Part shown: piece after piece, positions 18,726 to 28,646 of the stretch
How positions within the stretch are numbered: the first letter of the stretch is position 1
Layout of the letters: each line of letters opens with the position of its first letter
Assembly: GCA_016201735.1 (NCBI GenBank)
Contig: JACQCH010000040.1
Coordinates: forward strand, 18,822-82,821
Source of the DNA: Candidatus Omnitrophota bacterium
Lineage (GTDB): Bacteria > Omnitrophota > Gorgyraeia > 1-14-0-20-64-10
Direction of reading: 5' to 3'
Length of the DNA stretch: 64,000 nucleotides
Program-made: the position numbers and the translations under genes
The notes under the pieces: generated by a model
What the model saw: only the letters and a program-made list of their open reading frames with translations
Told to the model about the DNA's origin: nothing
Database searches by the model: none

Positions 18726-19445
18726 ATGGATAGATCCCCGCACCCATCCCGAGTGCTTATTGTCGATTACGGCTCGGGCAATCTCTTCAGCATCGAAAGG
18801 GCCCTGCACTCTTTAGGGGCGGAGGTTGAGATCAGCGCTGATCCCGACGCGCTCCGGCGCGCTCCGGGAGTGATTTTGCCTGGTGTGGGCGCCTTCGGAG
18901 ACGGAATGAAAAATTTAAGGGAAAAGGGATTGCTGACCCCCTTGGCGGAATACGCCCAATCCGGTCTGCCCCTGCTGGGTATCTGTCTGGGGATGCAGCT
19001 CCTATTCACGGAGAGCCAAGAATTTGGCCGTCATGAGGGACTCGGACTTATCCCCGGGAAGGTCGTGAACCTTCGGCCGACGGACCCTCAAGGGAGAAGA
19101 GTCAAAATCCCGCATGTGGGGTGGAGCCAATTAATGTGTCCACCTTCTCGTCCGCATTGGAACGATACAATCCTCATGGGTTTGCCGGTGGGGGAAGCCA
19201 TGTATTTTGTCCATTCTTTTATTCCCGTTCCTGAGGATTCTGCCGTTGTCGCCCAGATGATCTATGGCGGACATCTTTACTGTGCTGTTGTGGAAAGACG
19301 AAACATGATAGGATGCCAGTTTCATCCAGAAAAGAGCGGTCCTGTGGGCTTGCGTTTCTTGCGGAATTTCTTAACTCGAATCAAACCACCCAAAGAAGAG
19401 TTCACCGCGGTAAATCCTGCCGCAGTAATAAGGAGACGTGAATGA
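18726..19445 (+). CDS. wbuY: Class I glutamine amidotransferase (HisH-like, WbuY-type)
   Basis: 'VLIVDYGSGNLFSIERAL', 'LPGVGAFGD' and 'GICLGMQLL' (catalytic Cys) form a HisH signature. Confidence 0.75.
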   Translation: MDRSPHPSRVLIVDYGSGNLFSIERALHSLGAEVEISADPDALRRAPGVILPGVGAFGDGMKNLREKGLLTPLAEYAQSGLPLLGICLGMQLLFTESQEFGRHEGLGLIPGKVVNLRPTDPQGRRVKIPHVGWSQLMCPPSRPHWNDTILMGLPVGEAMYFVHSFIPVPEDSAVVAQMIYGGHLYCAVVERRNMIGCQFHPEKSGPVGLRFLRNFLTRIKPPKEEFTAVNPAAVIRRRE

Positions 19446-20653
19446 GCCTTGTGATGGGGATAAACCCTGTGGTTGGAGGAATGGAGAAACAACTGCTCAC
19501 TCAGCCCCAGGAGGTGAAGTTCTGCAGGCGATGCGTGGTTTCCAATCAAAGGCCGCGAATCCGGTTCGATGAGGAAGGAGTTTGCAGTGCGTGCCGGTTC
19601 GCTTACGAGAAGTATCACGTCGTCGATTGGGGGAGCCGCGAGGCGCAGTTGGAACAACTCTTGGAAAAACACCGAAGGAAAGACGGCACTTGGGATGTGA
19701 TCGTTCCCTGCAGCGGTGGGAAGGATTCTTCCTATGTGGCCCATCAGCTTAAGGCCAAATACGGAATGCATCCCTTGACAGTCACCTGGGCTCCTTTCCG
19801 CTCCACGGAGATCGGCTATAAAAACTTTCTTTCCTTCGTCGATTCCGGTTTCAATAATTTAACGGCCTATCCCAACGGCCGTTTCCATCGCAAGTTAGCC
19901 CGGCTTTCACTCGAGGAGTTGGGCGATGCCTGGCAGCCGTTTACCTACGGCCAAATGTGCTACGCCTTTCATATCGCAAAGCGTTTCAACATCAACCTCA
20001 TATTCTTTGGCGAAAACGGAGAAGCGGAATATGGGGGGGATCCGAAAAACAATTACCGACCCTATATGCCGTTCGAAGATTGGGCCCTGCTTTATTTCAA
20101 GGGCACAACGATTGATGAACTTGTTCAATTCGGACTCAAGCACAAGAATTACTTGACGGCTCAGGACTTCGACCCATCGGATCTCACCTTTTATCGACCC
20201 CCGGCGATCGAGCAGCTTGACCTGACGGGGATTCAGATGCACTGGTATTCCTACTATCACAAATGGGTTCCCCAAGAAAATTATTATTACAGCATTGATC
20301 ATACGGGCTTCTGCGCCAATCCCGAGCGGTCAGAAGGGACCTATTCGAAATATGCCAGCCTCGATGACCGGATGGACGGATTCCACTTTTACATGGGATA
20401 CATCAAATTTGGTATCGGCCGGACTACCTCTGATGTCGCCCATGAGATTCGGGACGGTCATCTGACACGGGAAGAAGGGGTGCGGCTGGTTCGGCGCTAC
20501 GATGGGGAATTCCCTTCAAAATACTTTGCAGAATTTCTTGCCTACCTGGATATCGATGAAAACCATTTTTGGAAAGTGGCCGAGCATTACCGGCAGCCTC
20601 ACCTATGGGAGAAAATCAACGGGGAATGGAAGCTGACGCACCAGGTGAGCTAG
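19442..20653 (+). CDS. wbuX: N-acetyl sugar amidotransferase (PP-loop ATP-pyrophosphatase, WbuX/PseA/PtmG family), copy 1
   Basis: N-terminal Zn ribbon 'CRRC...CSAC' and PP-loop 'VPCSGGKDSSY'. 403 aa. Visibly lower GC than its neighbours. Confidence 0.7.
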   Translation: MSLVMGINPVVGGMEKQLLTQPQEVKFCRRCVVSNQRPRIRFDEEGVCSACRFAYEKYHVVDWGSREAQLEQLLEKHRRKDGTWDVIVPCSGGKDSSYVAHQLKAKYGMHPLTVTWAPFRSTEIGYKNFLSFVDSGFNNLTAYPNGRFHRKLARLSLEELGDAWQPFTYGQMCYAFHIAKRFNINLIFFGENGEAEYGGDPKNNYRPYMPFEDWALLYFKGTTIDELVQFGLKHKNYLTAQDFDPSDLTFYRPPAIEQLDLTGIQMHWYSYYHKWVPQENYYYSIDHTGFCANPERSEGTYSKYASLDDRMDGFHFYMGYIKFGIGRTTSDVAHEIRDGHLTREEGVRLVRRYDGEFPSKYFAEFLAYLDIDENHFWKVAEHYRQPHLWEKINGEWKLTHQVS

Positions 20654-20728
20654 AGGATTCCCGCTGGAGTTTACCCTCGGCTCCAACCGAGGGTGGGAAT
20701 GACACGCAGCGGTAGAGGAGGGCCATGA

Positions 20729-21958
20729 ATGGCTGAGCAAGCGGTGAAGGAATCGGAGCGGCTGGAGTCCAGGTACGGTCTGCCGGAGAAGGTGATTTTC
20801 TGCAAATGGTGCCTGATATCCAACCAGCGCCCCTGTTCCTCGGTGGAGTTCAAGCATGGGAAGGACCGGCAGCACCGCAGCCTCCACATTGATGAAGAAG
20901 GAATCTGCGACGCCTGCCGTTTTGCGGAGCAGAAGGAACAGGTCGACTGGGCTGACCGGGAGAAGGAGCTCGTCAAACTTCTGGACAAGCACCGCCGGAA
21001 AGACGGCGGCTACGACTGCGTCGTCCCCGGAAGCGGCGGCAAGGACAGCTGTTATACTTCCCACGTCTTGAAATACAAATACGGGATGCATCCCTTGACC
21101 GTCACCTGGCCTCCCATCCTTTATACCGACATCGGGTGGAAAAATTTCCTGGGCTGGATCGAGGTGGGGGGCTTTGACAACATCACCTACAGGCCGAACG
21201 GGCGGGTTCACCGCCTGCTCACCCGGCTTTCCATCGAGAATCTTCTGCATCCCTTCCAGACCTTTATCCTGGGGCAGAAGAACCTGGCTCCCAAGATGGC
21301 GCTTCAGATCCAGGTGCCGCTGATCTTCTATGGAGAGAACGAAGCCGAATATGGGAACCCGATCGCGGACAATTCCACCTCCCTGCGGGACAAATCGTAC
21401 TACACGATGAACCATCTCTCGGAGATCTCCCTGGCCGGCCTGCCGGTTCCGGAGCTGATGGAGCGGCACGGCCTGTCCCTGAATGATCTGAAAGCCTATC
21501 TGCCGGCGGACAGCCGGGAGCTGGAGCGATTCCCCATGGAGGTCCATTACCTGGGTTATTACCTGAAATGGACTCCGCAGGAGAGCTATTACTACGCCGT
21601 CGAGCACACGGGCTTCGAGGCCAACCCGGTTCGGACGGAAGGGACCTACAGCAAGTACAACAGCTTGGATGACAAGATTGATGGACTGCACTATTTTACT
21701 ACTTTTATTAAATTTGGCCTTGGGCGGGCCACGTACGATGCTTCCCAGGAGATCCGGAACAAACACCTCACCCGGGAAGAGGGAGTGGCCTTGGTCCGGC
21801 GATTTGACGGGGAGTTTCCCCAACGGTATTTCCAAGAGGTGATGGAGGCGATCGGAATGAAAGAGGAGCGATTCCTTGAGCTGTGCGATCAGTTCCGATC
21901 GCCTCACCTCTGGAAAAAGGAGGAGGGCCGGTGGCAATTGCGGCATCAGGTTTCGTGA
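20729..21958 (+). CDS. wbuX: N-acetyl sugar amidotransferase (WbuX/PseA family), copy 2
   Basis: 'CKWC...CDAC' Zn ribbon and 'VPGSGGKDSCY' PP-loop. It is a paralog of copy 1, about 55-60% aa identity by eye. Confidence 0.7.
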   Translation: MAEQAVKESERLESRYGLPEKVIFCKWCLISNQRPCSSVEFKHGKDRQHRSLHIDEEGICDACRFAEQKEQVDWADREKELVKLLDKHRRKDGGYDCVVPGSGGKDSCYTSHVLKYKYGMHPLTVTWPPILYTDIGWKNFLGWIEVGGFDNITYRPNGRVHRLLTRLSIENLLHPFQTFILGQKNLAPKMALQIQVPLIFYGENEAEYGNPIADNSTSLRDKSYYTMNHLSEISLAGLPVPELMERHGLSLNDLKAYLPADSRELERFPMEVHYLGYYLKWTPQESYYYAVEHTGFEANPVRTEGTYSKYNSLDDKIDGLHYFTTFIKFGLGRATYDASQEIRNKHLTREEGVALVRRFDGEFPQRYFQEVMEAIGMKEERFLELCDQFRSPHLWKKEEGRWQLRHQVS

Positions 21959-22007
21959 GAGGGTATCCTGCACCTTCCGATCCTTAGCCGATGCTCCAGG
22001 AATCCCT

Positions 22008-24083
22008 ATGACGATCTTTGTTGAGAATCTAACTTTTAAAAGCTGGCTGACGGCCGTGCTCCCTCGGTTGAGGCGGGGCGGGCGTTGCCTCTTTATTTAT
22101 TCCACCCCAACCGCTCGGGTTCTCACCCGATTTTCCGATCGGTTCTTGGGAACGGAGACTCGGTTGTTTGAGTTCCGGTTGATCGATGTCCGTGATGAAA
22201 AGGGGCAGCTCCTGCGTTGGAGAATCACTTATCAGGATTTGGCGGAGGTTCAACAGGAGATATTGAACGATCCCCGATTCCGGTTCTTGCTGGAGGGCCC
22301 ATTGAATCAGGGCCGGCTTCCTACCTTCTTCGCGAAGGATCTGGGCACGATCAGTCTCTCCGATCGAAAAACGCTCTGGCGGGTCCTGCTCACCATCCAG
22401 ATTTGCGTCTGGAAGAGCCGGCGCGATCGGATCGAAGGGCCGATCCTTGTGATGGAGCGCCGCCCTTGGTTTGATATCCATCAGCGGTATGCCTCCCGGT
22501 TTGGGCTTCGGCTGATTCCGGCTTCTCCCTATCAGCGGGGGAATCTCCGACAGACCCTGAAAAGATGGCTGGGACCGGGTGGGGTGGTATTAAAACGGTT
22601 TGTTCGGCGGTCATCCTCGCTCTCGATGACGCTCGAGGGCGGGAATGACAACAAATCAGGTCCAAAGCTGGCCGTGGAATATTACGGCCATCTGAACTTG
22701 AGACAGCCGGAATGCTACTCGGATTTATTCTTCTGGCACCGGTCTGCCTTGTCCGGACAGGATTTGTTGGTTCTGTTTGGAGTTCTCGACGACCCTTTAA
22801 ATTCCAAGAAGTGGGAGGAGATCACGAGCTTAGGGATTTCCGCTCTTGTGACTCATCCGAAGGCAACGAGAATCTCCGAGGCCCCGATTTTTATCCCAAG
22901 GGTTCGATGGACGCCGCATCGACTTGAAAGAGATCTTCTGGCCTCTCTTCCTCGGTCTAGGGAAGGTCAGTGGATGAAAAGAGAGATCCGCCATTACCTC
23001 TGCCAGCGTGCCTTTTGGGAAGATCTGTTCGCCCAACAGAAGGTGAAGCTCTTTATTGCCTGGTACAAATACGATGGGGCCCATTGCGCAATCGCCGACG
23101 CCTTGGAGAGTTTAGGGGGAGTCACCGCCATCTATCAGCGGGCCTATGAGGTGCACCCATCGGCGGAGACTACCGTGGCGGTGGATCTGGTTTTTGGTTT
23201 CTCCCCCCAGGGGGTCGAGCTGGAACGGCGCTGTAGCTCGAAGATTCGGTATTACGTGACCACCGGATATGTCGGGGATTATCGTTTCCCACTCCTCAAG
23301 GAAGGATCTCAGAAGATCCGGCAGCAGCTTCAGGGCCATGGGGCCCGGCGCATCCTGGCCTTCACTGATGAAAGTTCCGCCGGCGATTCCCGGTGGCACA
23401 GCGGTCATGAATTCCAGAGAGAAAATTATGCCTTTCTGCTCACCAAGGTTCTCCAGGAACCTTGGTTTGGCCTGACGATCAAGCCAAAGGCCCCGGTCTC
23501 TTTGCGCCGGCGGTTGGGGCCGACGGCCCGACTCCTTGAGGAAGCGGAAGCCACCGGTCGCTGTTTTGTTTATGAGGGGGAGAGCCTCCACGGCTCGGCC
23601 CCCGTGGCGGCCGCGGCGTTGGCCGCCGATGCGCTGATTCATGGGCACTTATGTGCCGGAACTGCCGGGATGGAATCGGCCTTAGCCGGCGTGCCGACCT
23701 TGATGCTGGATCGGGAAGGATGGCCGCCGTCACCGCTGTACCGGTTGGGGGAAGGCCAAGTGGTTTTTAAGGACTGGGATCTTTTTTGGAAGGTTCTCGT
23801 TGAACATTGGACCCGGCCCGGTGGGGTTCCCGGATTTGGAGACTGGTCGCCGATCTTGGAGGAGCTGGATCCGTTTCGAGATGGGCGGGCGGCCGAGCGG
23901 ATCGGAATGTATCTTTCCTGGCTTTTGGAGGGGTTCAAGGCCGGGTTGTCCCGGGAGACAGTCATGGCCGACGCGGCCAACCGGTATGCCCAGCGGTGGG
24001 GGAGGGATAAGGTGACTCAAGTTGACGGGAAAGCTCTTCTTTCTCCTGTCCCCGCCGAGATTCCTGTGAGGAGCGGGGTTTAA
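22008..24083 (+). CDS. Hypothetical ~690-aa protein, paralog B of 15805..17820
   Basis: 'MTIFVENLTF...'. The C-terminal ~320 aa are nearly identical to paralog A ('WYKYDGAHC.IADALE.LGGVTAIYQRAYE.HPSAET...'). Confidence 0.55.
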   Translation: MTIFVENLTFKSWLTAVLPRLRRGGRCLFIYSTPTARVLTRFSDRFLGTETRLFEFRLIDVRDEKGQLLRWRITYQDLAEVQQEILNDPRFRFLLEGPLNQGRLPTFFAKDLGTISLSDRKTLWRVLLTIQICVWKSRRDRIEGPILVMERRPWFDIHQRYASRFGLRLIPASPYQRGNLRQTLKRWLGPGGVVLKRFVRRSSSLSMTLEGGNDNKSGPKLAVEYYGHLNLRQPECYSDLFFWHRSALSGQDLLVLFGVLDDPLNSKKWEEITSLGISALVTHPKATRISEAPIFIPRVRWTPHRLERDLLASLPRSREGQWMKREIRHYLCQRAFWEDLFAQQKVKLFIAWYKYDGAHCAIADALESLGGVTAIYQRAYEVHPSAETTVAVDLVFGFSPQGVELERRCSSKIRYYVTTGYVGDYRFPLLKEGSQKIRQQLQGHGARRILAFTDESSAGDSRWHSGHEFQRENYAFLLTKVLQEPWFGLTIKPKAPVSLRRRLGPTARLLEEAEATGRCFVYEGESLHGSAPVAAAALAADALIHGHLCAGTAGMESALAGVPTLMLDREGWPPSPLYRLGEGQVVFKDWDLFWKVLVEHWTRPGGVPGFGDWSPILEELDPFRDGRAAERIGMYLSWLLEGFKAGLSRETVMADAANRYAQRWGRDKVTQVDGKALLSPVPAEIPVRSGV

Positions 24084-24085
24084 GG

Positions 24086-26021
<1,936 letters not shown>

Positions 26022-26939
26022 GTGAAGGTTCTCGTCACAGGAGGTTCCGGCCTTTTGGGCGCTCACCTGCTGGTTGGACTGCAGGGGCGGCGATACGATG
26101 TCGTGGGGACCGATCGGAATCCCTGGTGGGGGGACGTTCCGGTGGATTTTCGCGTGGGAGATTTGAGCGATCCGGAATTTTTGAAATCGCTGATCCGTTC
26201 CGTCCGGCCGGAACTTTTGATTCACTGCGCGGCCCTGGTGGACGTGGAGGCCTGTGAACGCAGGCCCGAGGAGGCCTCCCGGATCAACGGGAAATTGCCC
26301 GGGTTTTTGGCCGGGGCGGCGGGAGACCGCTGCCGGGTGGTTTTTCTTTCAACCGATTCGGTCTTCTCTGGGGAGAAGGCCTTTTCTTCAGAGGAGGATC
26401 TTCCATCGCCTCGCAATGCCTACGCCAGTTCCAAACGGGAAGGGGAAGAGCAGGTCCAGCGCCGCGCCCCGCATTGCCTGATCCTTCGAACCAACTTCTA
26501 CGGGTGGTCTTCAGGAAGGAAAAAGACCTCCGCTGAATGGATGGTCCGATCTCTTCAGACCCAACAGCCGATGACTCTATTTGAGGATCTGTTTTTCACT
26601 CCCATCTATGTGCCTGATCTGGTGGAGGGGCTGATCCGCCTTTTGGAATGCCAGGTGGAGGGGATCTTTCACCTGGGGGGGCGGGATCGGGTCTCGAAGT
26701 ACCAGTTCGGACAGCTTCTGGCCGAGGAGCTGGGAGTTTCGATGGACCGGGTTCAACGAGGTTCGGTGGAGAGGGCCGGGTTCGCCGCCGAACGGCCCAG
26801 GGATATCTCGTTGAACAGCCAACGGTACTGTGAGATCACAGGGGCGGATCTGCCCGGATGCAGGGAAGGAATCCGCCGGTTCGCCGCCGACGGTTCCAAA
26901 CCGCTGTCGCAGAGGTTCCAATGTCCGGTCCTTCGGTAA
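26022..26939 (+). CDS. RmlD-like nucleotide-sugar 4-reductase (dTDP-4-dehydrorhamnose reductase family; WbvR-like)
   Basis: GTG start. 'MKVLVTGGSGLLGAHL' Rossmann motif and 'YASSK'. About 305 aa, typical for the RmlD substrate-binding fold. Confidence 0.6.
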   Translation: MKVLVTGGSGLLGAHLLVGLQGRRYDVVGTDRNPWWGDVPVDFRVGDLSDPEFLKSLIRSVRPELLIHCAALVDVEACERRPEEASRINGKLPGFLAGAAGDRCRVVFLSTDSVFSGEKAFSSEEDLPSPRNAYASSKREGEEQVQRRAPHCLILRTNFYGWSSGRKKTSAEWMVRSLQTQQPMTLFEDLFFTPIYVPDLVEGLIRLLECQVEGIFHLGGRDRVSKYQFGQLLAEELGVSMDRVQRGSVERAGFAAERPRDISLNSQRYCEITGADLPGCREGIRRFAADGSKPLSQRFQCPVLR

Positions 26940-27814
26940 CGGTCTTGATGGCCGCTCACAACGCCGCTCCCTTTTTGCGGCCGGCGGTGGATTCAGTCTT
27001 GAATCAGAGCTTCTCGGACTTCCGACTGCTGGTGGTCAACGACGCCTCCACGGACGACACCAGGGAGATTCTCCGGTCCTACCGGGATAACCGGATCCAG
27101 CTTTTGAATCTTCCGAAAAACGGGGGGCAGACCCATGCCCTGAACGTCGGGCTGGAACGGATCTCCACCCCTTGGATTGCCCGGATGGACGGCGATGACA
27201 TCTGCGCCCCGGATCGACTGGAGGAGCAGATGAAAGCGGTCCGCACGGATCCGCGGCTGGGCTGCGTGGGCACGTTCGCCTGGTGTTTTACTCAAGATCC
27301 GCAGCATCAGGAGGGAGTGATCGAGAAGCCCCTGGAGGATGCCGCGATCCGCTCGGAACTGCTCCGGGGAACCCCAATAATTCACGGGACGCTCCTGATC
27401 CATCGGGAAGCGCTGCTGGCTGTCGGTGGATACGATGAGCGGTACCGATACTCGGCCGACCGGGCCCTGTTCAACCGTCTGTTCCATCTGCCCGGTTTCC
27501 TTGGGCGGAATCTGCCCGTTCCTTTGTTGGGAGTCCGGCGCCACCCGGCCCAGGGATCCTTTTGCCGCCGGGCCGCGGATGAAAACATTGAGATCTTCTC
27601 GGAGATGCTCCAGGAGAAGGGGCGACCTTGGGCTGAGAGGCGAGTCCTTCAGGAGAGTCTTTCCTTTTCGTACCGCTTCCGGGCCCGGTGCAGCCGGTCG
27701 GAAGGGAAGTTCACTAAGATTCCCGGTGATCTGCTTCATGCCCTTCGGGTTCGTTCCGCCTCTTGGATGGAAGATCTCCGGAAAGGGAGCCGCCATGTTC
27801 CGGTGGATGGTTAA
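26921..27814 (+). CDS. Glycosyltransferase family 2
   Basis: Internal ATG gives 'MSGPSVTVLMAAHNAAPFLRPAVDSVLNQSFSDFRLLVVNDASTDDT'. It is a paralog of the 24086 GT2. Confidence 0.7.
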   Translation: MSGPSVTVLMAAHNAAPFLRPAVDSVLNQSFSDFRLLVVNDASTDDTREILRSYRDNRIQLLNLPKNGGQTHALNVGLERISTPWIARMDGDDICAPDRLEEQMKAVRTDPRLGCVGTFAWCFTQDPQHQEGVIEKPLEDAAIRSELLRGTPIIHGTLLIHREALLAVGGYDERYRYSADRALFNRLFHLPGFLGRNLPVPLLGVRRHPAQGSFCRRAADENIEIFSEMLQEKGRPWAERRVLQESLSFSYRFRARCSRSEGKFTKIPGDLLHALRVRSASWMEDLRKGSRHVPVDG

Positions 27815-28646
27815 ACCGTTTCTGGTTGTTTTTGTCTACCATGATGTCTCGGAGAAGCCCAGCCCCTTCAACCGGCGGTTCGGATTGAACGTGCCGCCGC
27901 GGCTGTTCTCTCGGCAGATGGATATGATCCGGGAACTGTTCCATCTGGTCGACCCGGCCCAACTACGCCGTGGAAGGTTCCCCACGCCGGCGGCATTGAT
28001 CACGTTCGATGATGGGAACTCGAGTTACTTTAAAACGGCCCTTCCCATCCTGAAAGAAAGGGAGATTCCCTCCCTGTCGTTTCTGAACCTGGGTCCGATC
28101 CGCGGGGAGATCTGCTGGTCGGGATTGGCCTCTTACCTTCAAACCGAAGAGCCGGCGTTTCGATCCTCTGATGGGGACCCATCACCGGATGCCTTCTGCC
28201 GGTTCACCCAGGAGGAAGTGGCCCGCTACCTGGACTCGGTGGACCAGGCCAAACTCTTTGAACGGGTCCGGGCTTTTCGAGGTCTCATGGCGACAGAGGC
28301 GGAACTGGCGGCGGCGGCCGATGAACCGTTGGTCGGTCTGGGAAATCATCTGTACAATCATTACAACGCCACCCTGCTGGGAGATCGGCTCCGAAAGGAA
28401 TATCGGGTGAATCAAGAGGTTTTGGACGCCCATCCCCGCGGGTTTCGGTTTTTCAGCTTTCCCTTCAGCCGGATGGATCGCCGGGCGATCCGGATGATCC
28501 GTGAGGAGGGAGCCGACGCGATCTTCTCGGGAAGGGGTTTTGCCAATCTCCCCGGTCAGGAGCGGGTTTATTCCCGAATGGAGATGAAGGAGTCCATAAT
28601 GGAACCGAAAGAGTTGATGGCTCATGTCCTTAGAAATCTCATCTGA
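27795..28646 (+). CDS. Polysaccharide deacetylase (NodB homology / CE4) family protein
   Basis: ATG 27795 after an AAAGGGAG. 'FVYHDVSE...', 'ITFDDGNSS' and 'HLYNH' are NodB-domain-like motifs. The long 5' extension of ORF 27426 is rejected. Confidence 0.5.
   Translation: MFRWMVKPFLVVFVYHDVSEKPSPFNRRFGLNVPPRLFSRQMDMIRELFHLVDPAQLRRGRFPTPAALITFDDGNSSYFKTALPILKEREIPSLSFLNLGPIRGEICWSGLASYLQTEEPAFRSSDGDPSPDAFCRFTQEEVARYLDSVDQAKLFERVRAFRGLMATEAELAAAADEPLVGLGNHLYNHYNATLLGDRLRKEYRVNQEVLDAHPRGFRFFSFPFSRMDRRAIRMIREEGADAIFSGRGFANLPGQERVYSRMEMKESIMEPKELMAHVLRNLI

Noticed and set aside
19442-21958. Possibility that the two wbuX genes are an assembly duplication artefact
   Set aside because: - Nucleotide identity between the copies is only moderate, roughly 60-65% by eye.
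- GC content differs between them.
- Each has an intact Zn ribbon and PP-loop, consistent with genuine diverged paralogs.
20603-21973. 456-aa ORF on the - strand exactly antisense to wbuX copy 2
   Set aside because: - It lies fully inside a confidently assigned + strand gene.
- Long antisense ORFs are expected in about 60% GC DNA because stop codons are rare.
- The protein is low-complexity and Arg/Pro/Leu-rich.
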